A stretch of DNA of 64,000 nucleotides from Lingula anatina (taxonomy: Eukaryota; Animalia; Brachiopoda), in the NCBI GenBank assembly GCA_051362555.1, contig CM120647.1, positions 14,298,651 through 14,362,650 of the forward strand, written 5' to 3'. Below are positions 26,642 through 41,400 of this stretch, piece after piece. Position 1 is the stretch's first letter, and each line of letters starts with the position of its first letter. The position numbers and the translations under genes were made by a program. The notes under the pieces were generated by a model. The model made no database searches, was not told the DNA's origin, and worked only from the letters and a program-made list of their open reading frames with translations.

Positions 26642-27592
26642 CAAGTATACTGGTGTATAAACAAAAATACAGGTAATACATACAGTGTATGTTTAAGTGC
26701 AAATTAAATAATACGTATAAATAGAAAAAAAGTTTATGATATATACGAAAAAATATAAATGAGATTTATTATGAGAAATTACACCTACCCTGTTTTCGTC
26801 CTTAAAATTTTTAATTAAAACTATTCAGAATACTACTACTAATACACTATACGCTCAAAGATTTTTTTCACATAAAATTGCACCTATGGCTTACTTGCGA
26901 CTTAAATAAACGACCTGAAAGATGCTTAAATGAAATCCAACGCTGCACTGTTTTGGTTACTTTTGTTCTGATAGCGCGTCAGACACAATGCGAAATCCGG
27001 GGTTCGATAAAACCATCGACAGCAAGGGCAGGTATGGAAAAGCGAAAGTAATTGTCGATATCACACCTGAACTTAACGTTTGAGTTTAGATAATTTTATC
27101 TTTCGATTAATTTTTGAAATATCTGATACATGTTTACACTTAAGATATGACCCATTAATTTATCCCCCGTAAACAAAAATAGACTGTAAAGAAAGGTACG
27201 TTGGGTTGGCTAGGTGTATTTCAGTTTGATTCCGCCATTTATTATTTTATTTTTTTTATTTTTTTGCATAGCTGATATATTGTTGGATTTTGTCAATCCT
27301 ACAATGACCATTTTACATCATTTGTAACACCAAAGAGCGACTATTACTACGTAAAATTCGATCAAACACAGTTTTATCAGGAGTCACCACACCCCAACCA
27401 AAACATGTCCCATACAACCTCTTATGCAGTTACGCTTTTTTTTCTTGAACCAATTAACTGAAAAATAATACGTGTGGGGATAATAAAACGTTTACCTTAA
27501 TTCTTCTTCTGTTGCTGAAAGAGAGACAGAGAAAGAGAGAGAGAGGGAGAGGAGGAGAGGGGCGTAGTAGTAGAGATGTCATCTTGACTTTC

Positions 27593-27772
27593 CTGAGTTT
27601 TTTCAAATTTGATCGTGTAGCCGGTTTTCCTCTGCGTCTTAACCGTCTTCACCGCCTAGCCAGCCAGTCAGCGCCCTATCTTCACAGAATGGTTTCAAGT
27701 AATACACGACACTTTAAAACTAATTCCCACTTATGAGCACACATGAATGTTGCACCATTTAGTTATAAAGCT
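27593..27772 (-). promoter_or_regulatory. Non-coding exon 1 and promoter of copy B
   Basis: Homologous to 7201-7380. The donor reads cag|gaaagt instead of cag|gtaagt. Confidence 0.65.
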
Positions 27773-28468
27773 TGTCCTCAGCCGTGCCTTCAGTATTCAG
27801 CCTCAACCGATTCATAAGACATGACCTAAATCTTTGTTGAATCAATGACTGTCGCTTCGTTGGTAAACATGTCACAAAGGCAATACTGTTTAGTCTCGAT
27901 GACTTGGAGACATGAAAAAAAGTTGTTCTCGAGATTTGCATCCATCAATCAGTTAATTACATATTCTTGTTAAGAGTTACAAGTATACCGAGCTCGAAAT
28001 ATGGAATTTTTTGTCGTCGGGGTCAATGTTTTGCAATACTAAGCCCGCGCGGTATGAACTGCACATAATGCAGGGCGCGCATTGTATTGAACACTAACTA
28101 TTACAGGTTACAGAAAGAAGTGCACGTGCACAAGTCCCGAGTGACGTCAAGTGAATATAGGAGTAAGGGCATAATGGCAAAGTCAGCTTGGAAAAACTTC
28201 TTGTGAGCTGCTGTGGTGTCAGTGGCACAATAATTGTGCGTACCACATTTTTTTCAGTGGGACCGATTTATGTTAGAGTTCTCGTTAACATTTTACATTT
28301 TATTCATTTCGTTCAATTAGGCTCCTCTATATAGCTAAAAGAATTGTATATTTTAACACTTAGGGCGTGTTAATGAAAGCTAAGAAAAACAAGAGATGAG
28401 GTGGTTGGCCGAGCTTCAAATAATTCAGTTCCTTAGTTAAAGAAACAGCAGTCTTTATCACTACGTTC

Positions 28469-28518
<50 letters not shown>

Positions 28519-29944
28519 GTTCATACATAGTAAAAGTAAATAGATAAGTAAGCCCGAAACATGCTTCATGTTTATTTATTTTAACTTATATATAAATCAT
28601 CCGCATAGTTGAGCTCTCTGAATGCCACACACACATACACATATATATCTGGAATACAAAATACAGCTTTGTGCTTATTTTACGCCATTCATGAAAATAA
28701 GTCACTGATACATCTGCTTTAACTGCACAAATTAATGCTGCTTTAATTCCGCACCATGGAACGCAACCACGCGTCCAGCCTCGTGGTCCTCAAAAGAGCG
28801 ACAAAAAAGGGCGAAATCCATTCAACGATCGTCTGATGTTTTCGGTCTGCTCCGGTGTACATGTACATAACACGTATAACCACCACGTGATCGGTTGCCA
28901 CGTCAGCGTGACCTTTCAACGGTCCAGTTTAATATAAACCAAGGACAAGAATATTCATGTTAGTCGGTGACCATTTCACGGTTCCTAGATATCATTTCAC
29001 ACTGCGCATGCCCGAGAATGGCCTTGTGGTTAAAATTGTGCCAATGCCCCTTTGTTCACACATTGTTAAAATAAAATTTGAGCTCCAACTAGTCTGTCTA
29101 TAAAACACCTGTCATTTCTGCAGCTGGGGGCGTTACATGTGTTACACATTTATACGAGATAAGCTTGAATATCTATATTACAGGAATGTTTGTTTGAGGC
29201 ACACCACGATTTCAGACTCGATAAAGCATAAACGAAAATTAAAAGAAAAAATGATATTCAACTTCCTAGGCCTAAGAACAGTTTTCTTAATACCTGAAGT
29301 ACCAGCATTCCTCCTCTAAATTGGAAAAAATACGCACACATACCTTTGAGATCTAAGTTCATAATATCACCATAAATGTCACCAGTGACTTTATATACCT
29401 GTATATATTTAAGAGTGTAACAAGATAATATTAGAACTAAAAAAGTGAACGGTGTTAGGCGTAATACAGCAGAACGTCTCGACCTTGTAGGAATTGCGAC
29501 ATCAATTACTCATTTGCAAAATAAAAGAAGTAAATCAAAGAGAAATTTAGCGACTTATAGGGTGTGTTCCCGATGAAACTATTGCTCTACGCAGATCGAT
29601 CCGACGCCGCGGGACTTTCAAGCAGCTAAGGGGTGATTAACTCGGCTTCGGGAAGCTTTTTCACTTGGCTGCTCCAGGAAGCGTGAAATTTAGTTAATCA
29701 TATTATATTCAGCCAGAGTCTCTGAGGAGCTGGTCAATCTACAAAATGTATGTAGAACGATAGTTTCAATGGGAAGGCATCCATTGAAGTGCTTGAGTGC
29801 GCCCCATGTTAAAAATGTATAAAATGTTTAAAATAAAAAGAAATCGCTATGTACATGTGCTAGTAATTTGATATCGCAGACGCCATATAAGGGTTCTGAT
29901 TTGACAATGGAATTGACGTTGCCATAACAACTGTCAGAATCCTG

Positions 29945-32900
29945 CTACTGCTTGGTTTCAGTGGGTGGTGCCATACCATAATCGGCATGAACCGGGGCGA
30001 CAGCATTTTCTATCTCCTCCTCCTCGATGTCACTGTCTTCATCCTCTAATTTCTCCTTTTCAGTCAGTGCACTCGGAGGGCGCTTAGTGACAGTAGTTTT
30101 CTCCGTGGGCACTGCCTCAGGAAGCTTCGGTTTCTCTTCACTCCAGTTAGCTTCAGCAACAGCTTGCTGGTAATTTGGAGGATGGTAGGACGGCCCTCCT
30201 CCGTACGGGTCATACGGTGGGTAGTACCCCATAGGGGGAGGCGGCGGTGGCAGCGGTTGTTGTTGTTGTTGTTGTTGCTGTTGTTGTTGGACGGTGCTTA
30301 TAACTGTGACGTTGGGCTGAGGTGGCGCACTGCCCGCTACGAAGATAACTTGCTGAAATGACAAACACCAAAACTAAAATGTTAAATGTATATAATTTCT
30401 CTCTCTCTTTCTATCTTTGTCTCTCTCGTGTGTGTGTTTGTGTGTTTGTGGTCGTTAACTATTAAATATACCGAATGGAAAAAAGTAATCGTTACTTTCA
30501 ATCAATAAAATTTCGTCTTAATTTAAAATCAAAATGAAATGTTTTTTTTTTTTCAGACAACAGCTTTATGTTGAAATAGTTTTTACCTCCAATATTTGTT
30601 GACGGAAGAAAAATTACATCATCCTTATAACATAGCTCAGTTGACGAAATTCTTCTCTAACATAAATTAAGTATTTTTGGAATAGAACTGCCACACATAC
30701 CGGTTCTGGCCGGTCTATGGTCGAGCAGCAACAGCACACAGAGGCGGACACTATGGCTACTATCCACTCAATGAAACCCAGCCCTCCCGCTGCCGCCATA
30801 AACACGTAAAAGTATATATTCCCACCGGTGTAGGTAATGAGCTGTAAATAAATACACGGAGTATTATAATCACATGTTTTCAACTTATGCTTGAAAGTGA
30901 AATATAATGGCTAAAACTCGTGGTATAGATATATACGCCTCTATCAAAAAGTTTCACCCTCACCATAATTATGTATATTGCAACAAGGGTACTAGTAAAT
31001 CTAATTTTACCATTATGTCACAACTACGCGACTGGTTATTTTGTAAATGAGATCTGAATAGTAGAACATTGACCTCCATAGCGTGCCTACTGAAATACCC
31101 AAACACGAACTATTTTATGTTCGGCTCCTAAGCGAGAGGGATGCATTTTTTTTTAACGTTTTGACCCGATAAATAGCCAATAGCCAGAAGGTTGGGTTGT
31201 TCCATGAGTACTATTTCAAAGGGCAAGACCATATACCGGCTATACCTAAACAAACCTTTGCAATACTGCCTGGGTATGGTGTACCGAATGAAACCACAAA
31301 CAGAGAAGACAAGACGCCTTTCTCGTAAAAAAACGATTCATGACATTTAGAACTTGACTGCAACATTTAACAAGAGCGGGGCAAGCCATGTTTCTGAAGA
31401 CGTCTGCACAATGACCGTTATTTTGGCAGGGTTTCTGTTAGGAGGGTGAGGTGCCATACCGGAACTCTGGCATGGACACCAACCAACAACTACACAATGC
31501 TACTTGACCTAGACGAAAGCAGGTTAAGCGTTTTCAAAAGTGATGGCCGATGAGGGATTTGGAGAACAGCTGCCAAGAAGTATTTTCCAATGTTCGGTCT
31601 CTATTCGATAGAACCCCCACCCCGACCCCACATAAGTCATGGTATGGTGTGTATTGCCTACCATGGTATGGGCAAGCTGGCAGTGGTCTGTGTGAACCTT
31701 AACGCAGTTCCATGCATCCAATTACTGAAAAGTAACTTAAGGAATTCTGTTAAGAATATCTTTTCGGGCCATGACCACCCATTTATGTTTTAGCATGATA
31801 ATGCCACTGCACGTACAGGCAATGTATAACAGTAGGCTGGTCATATAGTATATACAAACCAGACCCGGACCCCAAAGGACAGCTCATCCCCCAGATCAGA
31901 ACCTTATAAACAATGTGTGGGATATCCACGGAAATGGATAATTTAAGGATAATCCTTCTAACAAAAATTATCTCATACTATTTTTGCACCTTATGTGGAA
32001 AGCAATCACTCAACAAAAACAAACAAACTTGCAGACGCTTCAGGTACGTCCTCCAACCCAGAAGTTACTGTAATAAATAGTAAAATATGCCTCTGATTTT
32101 TTTACAGAGTTTAGCTCATTTATTGGTTATATATAATCAGTAAATTATAAACTAGAGGATCAGAGAGGCGATACCGCCTCCGAATATTGTACCACCAGCT
32201 GGAGTAAGCGCGATCATATAGACCCCCACACACACAAAAAAGGGACACCAACACCAGTCTTGTGCTTGACAAGCTGTAAAAAATGCAATCAACAAGAATT
32301 CTCAAAATATGCAAAATATATATATAACTAAAAATGGTACAATCAAAGTTCAGTTCATAGTAAGGTAGGTCAAAGATCAATTTCAAGGTCACAGTAAATT
32401 TCCAGTATATGACTTCCTATTCAAGCTCAATAGCAACTATGGACCTATCTCTGCCAGTTTTGGAGATAAAAGGGAACCAAAATTTGTAAACTTCAATTCA
32501 TGATAAAAAGTAGGTCAAAGGTCAATTTCAAGGTCACACTTAGATTGCCAGTATATGACTTCATATTCAAATTCAATAGTAACTATGGACGTATCTTTGC
32601 CAGTTTTGGAGATAAAAAGGAACCAAAATTTGCAAAGTTCAATTCATGATGAAAAGTAGGTCAAAGGTCAATTTCAAGGTCACATGTACATTGCCAGTAT
32701 ATGACTTCCTTTTCAATTTCAATAGTAACTATAGACCTATCTCTGCCAGTTGTGGAGATATAAGGGACTAAATGTTATAATTTTGGAGTTACAATAATGT
32801 GCCATAAATTTCCTACAGAAAAAATTAATTAAAATAAAGAAAAGGTCATTTTGGTCAAAATTCTTGAAATGGGAGGTGCTCTGAAGTTCCAGATGTTCAA

Positions 32901-35900
32901 ATTTGATGAAATTATGTCATTTTTGACCACAAGTTGTCTGCCTTATGTTTTATTTTTCCGGAGTTCAAAATTTATTATCCATTACCGTACTGCACATTTT
33001 GCTTTCACCACCAATATGTACATTTTGATACAGCGTAACTTGAAAACCGTATGGAATACAAAAAAACGGAGACCACTTTTAGTGTTGGGCTTTACATGCT
33101 CTACAAAATGCAAAAAAGAATGGGTCTCTAGCATTAACGGTTCCCGAATTAGAGACAGTTTTCAGTTTCGGTATCTTATGGCCGCTACTCCCGTGAAAAT
33201 GCACCGATTGACCCCAAATTCACGCAAATGAAAGATGACCCAAAGGGTAACACTTTCCAGTAATATTATTGGTTAAGTGTGTGTGGTGTCTGAATAACAG
33301 CGCAAATAATTTTTTTTCGTAAAAAAATTCATTTTTTTGAAAATTTGGGCCCGTTTGACCTTGAAATGAAGGTCAAAGGTCAAATCCAAGGGCATATTTG
33401 AAATCTACACATATGACATTTGGAAAGTCGTCTGTATAAATTTTTTCCCATAATTCCTTCCGTAGGGTAGATAATTAGCATTTAATTTTGCCATTTTTGG
33501 ACAAGGGTGCATTGCAATGAGTGCCACACCTAGACCCCAATACCGACAAAGCCCAAATTTTACGTGGAACGATTTGAGATTATAGGTGACCTAAATCCAA
33601 GAGATGGGTATGGAGGCCCTTACCGTCTAGGAGGAGAAGCGGTAACGGTAACATGGCGGCGGAGCCGGCGGAACGGACCGGACGGGACTTAAACCATGTG
33701 TACCGCCAGCGCCAACGCTGGTGGTACAATAAAAGCTATTAAACAATGATATAATATACAAATTTACAATAATGCAATTGCCAGTAGATGTAGCGGTGTC
33801 GTTTAGATCTAGTGCTCATTCCCAATGAAACTACAGGTCTACGTATAACGACCCAGCTCCGTGAGGACTCTCGCCGAATGCAATCAGTTTAACAAATTAA
33901 CACGCGCCTTTTTGCTTCCAGCGTACTCTAATAGTCACCAGCTTTTCTGTATTCTACCCAAAGCCCCCAAGAAGTGGTTCATGTACTTATGAGATAATAA
34001 CTGTTTATTTTGGCCAAACAAAAAAATAATTTTCCTGGAGTAAGCAACAATTTTCCCATACTTACCAATGGTTAATGAATCCATTTCTACATTCAAAGTT
34101 AGTCTTTTTTAAGAGATTATTACAGAGTATAGCCATCTATGAAGGTCATTTTATCCGATGACAAGCTCAGATATCAGAATAAAAGCTATAACTGCCGTTT
34201 TTGTGGTAAAACTGAATATATTAAATTTCTATGTGTTTTTGTAATGTTTTTAATGTGAAATATAGATCTCATACAAAGAGTTGTTATCCCTGTTTAATGC
34301 GTTTAATGGTTTATACCCTTGCATATCAGCGGTTTGTTAAATAGTATACAAAATTAAGATAATTTTATAACTGTCTACTAGCGAATCCTTTGGTCAGAGA
34401 ATATAAATGTTGTCACTTGGGGCATACTTACTCTTAAAAAAGGCACAGTACCCGCCATGAACATCACAACCGGAGCGAAGATCAATGCTGTGAAGATTGA
34501 AAATGTCTGGAAAGAGTTACGCTGAAAGGGAAAATGAAAGTGAAAGTAGCATACATAATATATACACACTCTGGACAAAAGAAGTGTCACCCCCTAACTC
34601 AGAGTAATATAAGTAGGCAGATGTTACCTGGTCTACTTATAATGTGACTAATGAGTATAAAACCGCTATACCATGGAATTGTATTGTTGGTCTTGTACAT
34701 GTACAGCAAATGTTATTCCTGTCTTCCTCCAATATGGCAAGAAACAGGCAATTATCTAACAGTTATAGGTGCAAGTTATTAACCTGAAGAGGCGGAATAT
34801 AAGCAATGTCAGAATATCGATACAATTGAATTGTTCAGTCAGAACCGTGCAGAGGGTCTGGTCTCGGTATAGAAACACTGGATCAATACAAGAGACAAAT
34901 TGCCTCTGATGGGTCGTCCAAGAAAAAATACCGGCCGTGAAGACCGACGACTGATTTTGATGTCCAGGTTGTCAAAGTTCGACACTGCTTGTCAGTTGAC
35001 AACACAGTGGAACAATTTCACACATAAGAATGTGTCTATGAAAATTGCTAGACGTCGGTTACATGCTCAGAGAGTGTACAGCAGGGTAGCAAGACTGAAA
35101 CCTCTTATATCGTTACAAAACAGGCAACGTAGAGTAAACTAGGGTCAACAGGATCTGGAACTGGACAGTTCATGACAATTGGTCCTATATATTTTTTCTG
35201 ATGAAAGTCGCTTTGACAGACGGGTACTATGCTGGCAAACTGCTGGTAAAGCATTTGAACCACATGCAGTGAATTTTCGAACCCGGAGCAGCAAATTCAT
35301 CATGGTGTGGGGCTGCATCAGCATCCATGGCGTGGGCGAATTGATAGTGGTTAATGGAAACATTAATCACTAGAAATATATCGATGTTTTGGAGTCAGGC
35401 TTGCTACCATCTATTACTAACATGTTTGGTGACAGAAATTATCCATTTGTTCACCAGGATGACAATGCTCCTTGTCACAGGCCCAGAGCAGTTGATGATT
35501 GGTCTGACCAACAGGACATTCACAGGGTGATGTGGCCTGCCCAGAGTCCGGATGCAAACATAATAGAAAATGTGTGGAATGATATGTCAAAACTTTTTAC
35601 AAATGTCCGTCTAACCAGCAGAGAAACTCTGTTATATTCGGTGTTTCATGCTTGGGTGAGCATAAGCCCTGAACGCATCAGACAATTATATGAATCCTTG
35701 CTTCGTAGACTGGCACCTATTATTAGGTCACGTGGCTATGCCACTAAGTACTATATTAATTTTGGACTTGATACTGCATATTTTGATAGAATGTATATTT
35801 TGTTCTCATTTTGTGATTTTTTTGTGAAATTTGATGTTAATAAAATGATACCAGGAGCATATCATTCCACAGTCATTTATCTCCCCCATAGTATTGGCCC

Positions 35901-37116
35901 AGTAGGGGTGACACTTCTTTTGTCCAGTGTGTGTACATTGTATATCATCATAAATTTGCTTCAGTATATAGAGACCTGTTCAAACCGAGCGTGACATATG
36001 TCAGCGCCACAGCTGTATTGGTATGTTCTGGTAGGAAAACCATCCGTCATGTTATTACGCCATTGCATGGGAGATTACTTAAACAATTCTTCACAGCCGA
36101 CGGTAGGTATTTGATTGGTTGTCTTTAGCGTGAGGAGGGAGGGGGAGGGGGCTGTATTTCAAGATGACTCTCTTACGTATAGATCGGGCAATAGAATGAT
36201 CAGGTTCTCAAAGCCTATCAGTTCAGATGTGCCGCTTAGATACAAAAATGACCCTTGCATCTTAAAAAATCATTACTAATATCACTCACCAGACATCGTT
36301 TGGAACCTTGACGATCTTTTGTGATGCAAGCGCCGAAAATACCGGTGAAGAAAAACTGAAAAGGAGAGAGAGATTAAAATCAGAATTTTCTACAACATTT
36401 AGTCTAAGACTAGAAAAAATAAACGTTGCCGACTGCTTTCAATCAAAAAGGATATAGTTTAATTGATTGATAGTAGATTTTCAAGTTTGCATTGATGGGT
36501 ATCTAATTTTTTTTCTGTCGGAAGACGGTCAAAAATGGAGGATGGATCAAGAAAGATTTTGGAAAACTGTCAGAAAATAACTCTGGATCCGCCCCTGTAG
36601 CCATCAAACTCCAGGACAAGTATCCAACAGCTAATGATCCGAGAAGAGCAGGTAAGTTATGTAATACAAACACTGTTACATGTTCGAGATACCAAGACTT
36701 GGCTAAGTTTTGCGTCTGCATACTTTAAAAGTAAGAAAGGTAGAATAAATTAAGGGTAATGTTTAAAATATCAAAGTAAATAAATAAATAAAATAAAAAC
36801 TTACCCATGCACCGCACCATATCGGAAAACTGGCCATTGTAAAGGTGCCAATCAGGTCAGATGTATAAGTGTAGTACGAGTACGAAGTGTAGAACGAGTA
36901 ACCGGAGTAGTAGCTATAATAATAAATCCTTTCGGTATTTAAAGTCAAGGAGTTTTGGCTCGTTTCAAAATAGTTGAGATAGAGGTCGGCCGCGCCACAC
37001 CCTATTATAATGAGACCCAGGGCAATCTGGAATCCACCCAAACATTGGAGGGAACCGTAAGGAAAATTGTCTGGGCGCTCTCCCGCCGGAACCACTTGGT
37101 TGTGGCCCACGTGCAT
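29945..37116 (-). CDS. MS4A/CD20-like tetraspan protein, copy C (intact, ~338 aa)
   Basis: Coding exons 37116-36805, 36355-36290, 34521-34432, 30841-30701, 30352-29945. Splice sites are canonical and the frame is open. It has 4 hydrophobic segments, CCCC after TM4 and a polyQ/polyP/PPNY/acidic tail. Confidence 0.88.
30935..32100 (+). mobile_element. Old degenerate Tc1/mariner remnant in intron 4 (also in D at ~53475-56800 and partly in B at ~23740-23960)
   Basis: Decayed motifs LDESR, GMGKLAVV, HDNA and PDQNLINNVW, with many stops. Shared position in paralogues. Boundaries are approximate. Confidence 0.65.
32151..33728 (+). mobile_element. Non-autonomous Helentron-like element, copy C-specific
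   Basis: Starts actagagg. 3' hairpin gtaccgccagcg-ccaa-cgctggtggtac and ~120 bp tandem repeats at 32360-32760. Empty site aattataaataaaagct in D at ~56854. No TSD. Confidence 0.8.
33990..34292. mobile_element. Kolobok-like MITE shared by copies C and D (57122-57430)
   Basis: Homologous to 12130-12466. Absent from B, where the site reads gtacttaaagttt at ~24691. Confidence 0.75.
34565..35933 (+). mobile_element. Tc1/mariner (DD34E-type) transposon, full length but defective
   Basis: 29 bp TIR cacactctggacaaaagaagtgtcacccc with TA TSD. Transposase starts at ATG 34734 and has FSDESRF, MVWGCI, QDDNAPCH and SPDANIIENVW, with frameshifts and stops. Empty site present in B and D. Confidence 0.95.
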
Positions 37117-38282
37117 TGTGGGTCTGAAAGAAAAATAGTGGTGTATTAACGGTGTGCTGTAGATGTTTTATTGTTTATTTTGATTGTTTATCTTGATTCT
37201 TTTTAAACTGCCATTATTTACGGTTAACATTATATACACGCATGGACTTAATTGCCACTATAGCTTAGAAAATGATCGAGGATTCATCCTCTCTCACTCT
37301 CTCTCTCTCTCTCTCTCCTCACAAGTATACTTGCGTATAAACAAAATACACGCAATACATATGTTTAAGTACAAATTAAATAATACGAATAAATAGAGGA
37401 AAAAAAAAGGATTATGATATAAACAAAAAATATAAATGAGATCTACCATGAGAAATGACACCCACACTGTTTTTGTTTAAATTTTAAATTCAAGAACTAT
37501 TCAGAAGTACCACTACTAATACACAATATGCTTATTTTTTTCACATAGAATTGCACCTTCGGCTAACTCGCGACTTAAATAAACGACTGGAAAGATGCTT
37601 AAATGAAATTCAACGCCGCACTGTTTTGGTTACTTTTGTTCCGATAGCGCGACAGACACAATGCGAAATCCGGGGTTCGATAAAACCATCGATAGCAAAC
37701 ACAGGTGTGGCAAAGCGAAAGTAATTGTCGATATCATACCTGAACTTAACGTTTAAGTTAAGATATTTTTATCTTTCGTTTTATTCCTGAAATATCTGAT
37801 ATTTGTTTACACTTAACAGAAACCGTTAATTTATCCCCCTCAAACTCGGACAAAAATCGACAGTAAAGAAACCCACGTTGCGTTGGCCAGGGGTGTTTCA
37901 GTTTGTGTCCGCCATTTTTTTTTCATAGCTGATATATTTTTCAAATGATGTAACGTCAGTATAACATTTTGTCAAGCCTACAATGTCCGTTTTACATCCT
38001 TTGCGACATCAAAGAGAGAATATCACTTCATAAAATTCGCTAAAATTCAGTTTTATCAGGAGTCACCACTACCCAACCAATACATGTCCCATACCACTTC
38101 TTATTTAATTACGTTTTTTTTCTTGAACCAATTAACTGAAGAATAATACGTGTGTAGATAATAAAACGTTTACCTTAATTCTTCTTCCGCTGCTGATAGA
38201 GAGAGAGAAGGAGAGTGAGAGAGAGGGAGAGAGAGAGAGAGAAAGCGAGGGACGTAGTAGTAGAGATGTCATCTTAACTTAC

Positions 38283-38472
38283 CTGAGTTTTTTTTTTTTT
38301 TTTTTCAAATTTGATCGTGTAGCCGGTTTTCCTCTGCGTCTTAACCGTCTTCACCGCCTAGGCAGCCAGTCAGCGCCCTATCTTCACAGAATGGTTTCAA
38401 ATAATACACGACACTTATAAAATACTTCCCACTATGAGCACACATGAATTTTGCGACACTTAGTTATAAAGC
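38283..38472 (-). promoter_or_regulatory. Non-coding exon 1 and promoter of copy C
   Basis: Donor cag|gtaagt and a conserved TATA/Inr-like block. Confidence 0.7.
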
Positions 38473-41400
38473 TTGTCCTCAGCCGTGCCCTCAGTATGCA
38501 GCCTCAACCGATTCATAAAATCTGACCTAAATCTATTAAATCAATAACTGTCGCTTCGTTGCTAACCATGTCACAAATGTTTAGTCCCAAGGACTTGGAG
38601 ACGAGATAAAAACGTTGTTCTCGAAATTTGTATCCTCTAATCACTCAATTACATACCCTATAAAGAGACACATTTATTCCAAACTCGAGAAATGGATTTT
38701 TGTCATCGGAATAGATATTTCGCAATAATAAGCGTGTGGTATATAGGCCTACTAGGCATAATACAGGGCGCGCATTGTATTGAACAATGGCTTTTATGAA
38801 TAAAAGAAAAAAGTTCACGTGCACAAGTCCCGAGTGCCACCAAGTGAATAAACGGGGAAGGGTACAATGGCAAAGTCAACTTGGAAAAAATCTTGTGAGC
38901 TGCTGCGGGATCGGTATGCGTGCCAGGGTTTTTTTTTTCCTTAGTTTAGGAAACAGCAGTCTTTATCTCTATGTTACTTCTTCTCTGTCCTCTGTCATAA
39001 TTATGATTTGGGGATCCTTTTAATTAATTTTAGCAAAACACAAATAAACAAACTGTAGTTATTTAACGAAAACGGTAAAATAAAATTAACAAGAGGAGTT
39101 GGAAGCTCAGTCCTTGAGGCAAAAATATTTGTATAACTTTTAGTTCTTGTCTACTTTTAGAGAATACATGTGCAGTGCAGAAAGGGTGGGGGTAAAAAAA
39201 GCATATTATCAACAGAGGTAGACATTTGTTGGCACCGACCTCCCAGTATGTGATATCTTTATCGCACTTGAAGGGAAAATTAAATTAGCTTGGCTGTGAT
39301 CATAGTGTGCTTGCCAGGCAGAATTAAAATGAGCGCAGAGGGTAATATTAGATGACACCCACTCAACACACGCGCAGGCGCACTTGCACTTTTGACTGTC
39401 GTGGTTGAACAGATCAAGCTCCAGGATGAGGGTAACCTGATATCACCCGGGATGAAGGCGGATTTAGTGGCGGATTTAGGGGGGGGATGTCAGGGAGATC
39501 CCGACCCCACCCCCTTAGATTTCTGAAACAATTCACACCAATGGTCCCCTCTTGAAATTAGAATTAATTTTGACTGGCTTAATCACCGTTCTCAACCGTT
39601 CGCCCTCTCAAATATCTTTTTTTTTTTTGGGGTCCCTTAACCGGGCTTCGAACCCCACGCCAAGGGGGAGGAAGGGTTGGCTTCCCATCCGCAGACCCCC
39701 CCCCCCCTTTAAAAAATCTTGGATCCACCCCTGCATTCCCCAGCACCTACCGGCACCCCCCTCCCCTTAATCCTGCACCTTCGTGTACACTTATACATGT
39801 ATAAAGCGGTTGTGCATAATGTTATCGGGTCAGTTCTTGACACCCCGGGGCCAAGACAGGTGCGCGGAGGATTAAGTCAGTCACCGCCAGGAAATCTTTG
39901 TCTAAGACAAGCTTAAGTGCTCCATGTTCTGCGATAAACCCAGTTCAAACTTAAAGGGCGCACTTGTGAAAAGAAATCAAAACATTAAAATGAAAAGACG
40001 ATATTTCATATTTATTCTAGAGGAACATACAATGAGAACTATAATTCCTTGGTGCATTTGATACGAAACGTACACTGTGACAGCAAACAGTGCGCTATAT
40101 CGTTATACGGTATACCTGAGGTATCAATTGAGGTAGCAATAAAGCTAGGTAGTAAATGAACATGAATCCTTGAAAACACTTTTTCACGCAACGAATAAAA
40201 AATTTCTACCAGTAAAGTGATAATAGATAACATATGAAACTTTATAAAGGATGAAAATCAATTTATCAGACTCACATGTATAGTGCTTTTAGGCATCTCG
40301 GGGTCACTGCAGCATGACAAAAATCGAATTATTTCTGGATAAAAGAGAACCAGTTGGGTTTAAAAAAAAAAAAAACAATCAACACACTCATAAATAGAAA
40401 TTACATATTAAATTAATAGTTAACCCTTAATTTAATGCCAACATTTTTAGCAAAGTTCGGGTTGGCTTTGTATTCGCAGCTCGCCACATACATGTAATAC
40501 CTGTAAAATGGGTTAACAGACATGCCCTACTTGTCTTGTGATAGATATAAATTATTTTTTTCCTAGCGCTACTGCGTTGCATTTCACAATTTTCCATCAC
40601 GTTTATAATACATCTGGGTGAACGCATTCAACAGAATGGTTTATTGTTCATAAAATATGCATGCAGTTGTTCAAAATAATTTATTTTCCTCCCCGTTCTT
40701 ATCAATAACATCCATACAGAACTGTTTGGATGTACTGTATTTCAGTAAGAGATGCGTCAATAAATAATACTGTATACCTTTTCAGCTAAAAACATGTACA
40801 ATTTTTTTCAAACTTGGATGATCTATTTCTAATGAAATCATCCTAGTACTGGTGGTCTAATAAGAAAGAAGACTTAACATTGCGGTGTTCATGTACTTCA
40901 TGTTTTCATGTCCTTTTTTATGGCAAACACAAAACAACTACCCACTTTTGAAATTAGACCCTGACAAAACCCTGAGATTCCAGCTAAATAACAGGTGTCT
41001 CTGTCTGCAAAACAAGATTGTTTTTCAATGCACAACGGTACACGAAATCATGCTGAAGCGTTACAAGTTCAAACGTCATTGAGCTCTATTAACGACTAGT
41101 GACAATAGCGTGCGGGGTTAATGTGCATTTTTGGACGGTCAGGAGGAAATGCTGAATCCCTAGTATTTTGCTAATAATCTCACCTTCATTCATATTCTCT
41201 TTTAAATTATTTTTTTTGTCTTTTTATGCGCATAAACTATTATGCTTGAAACCCGTTCCAATACTTGAAACGACATAAGGCAGACAGATTGAAAAATTTC
41301 TAGAAAAATAAATACGTTCAAATAAATAAATAACTACGTTTAAATTAAAAAAATAATTCAATAAATACGTTCAAATAAGTAAATACGTTTAAATGAATGA

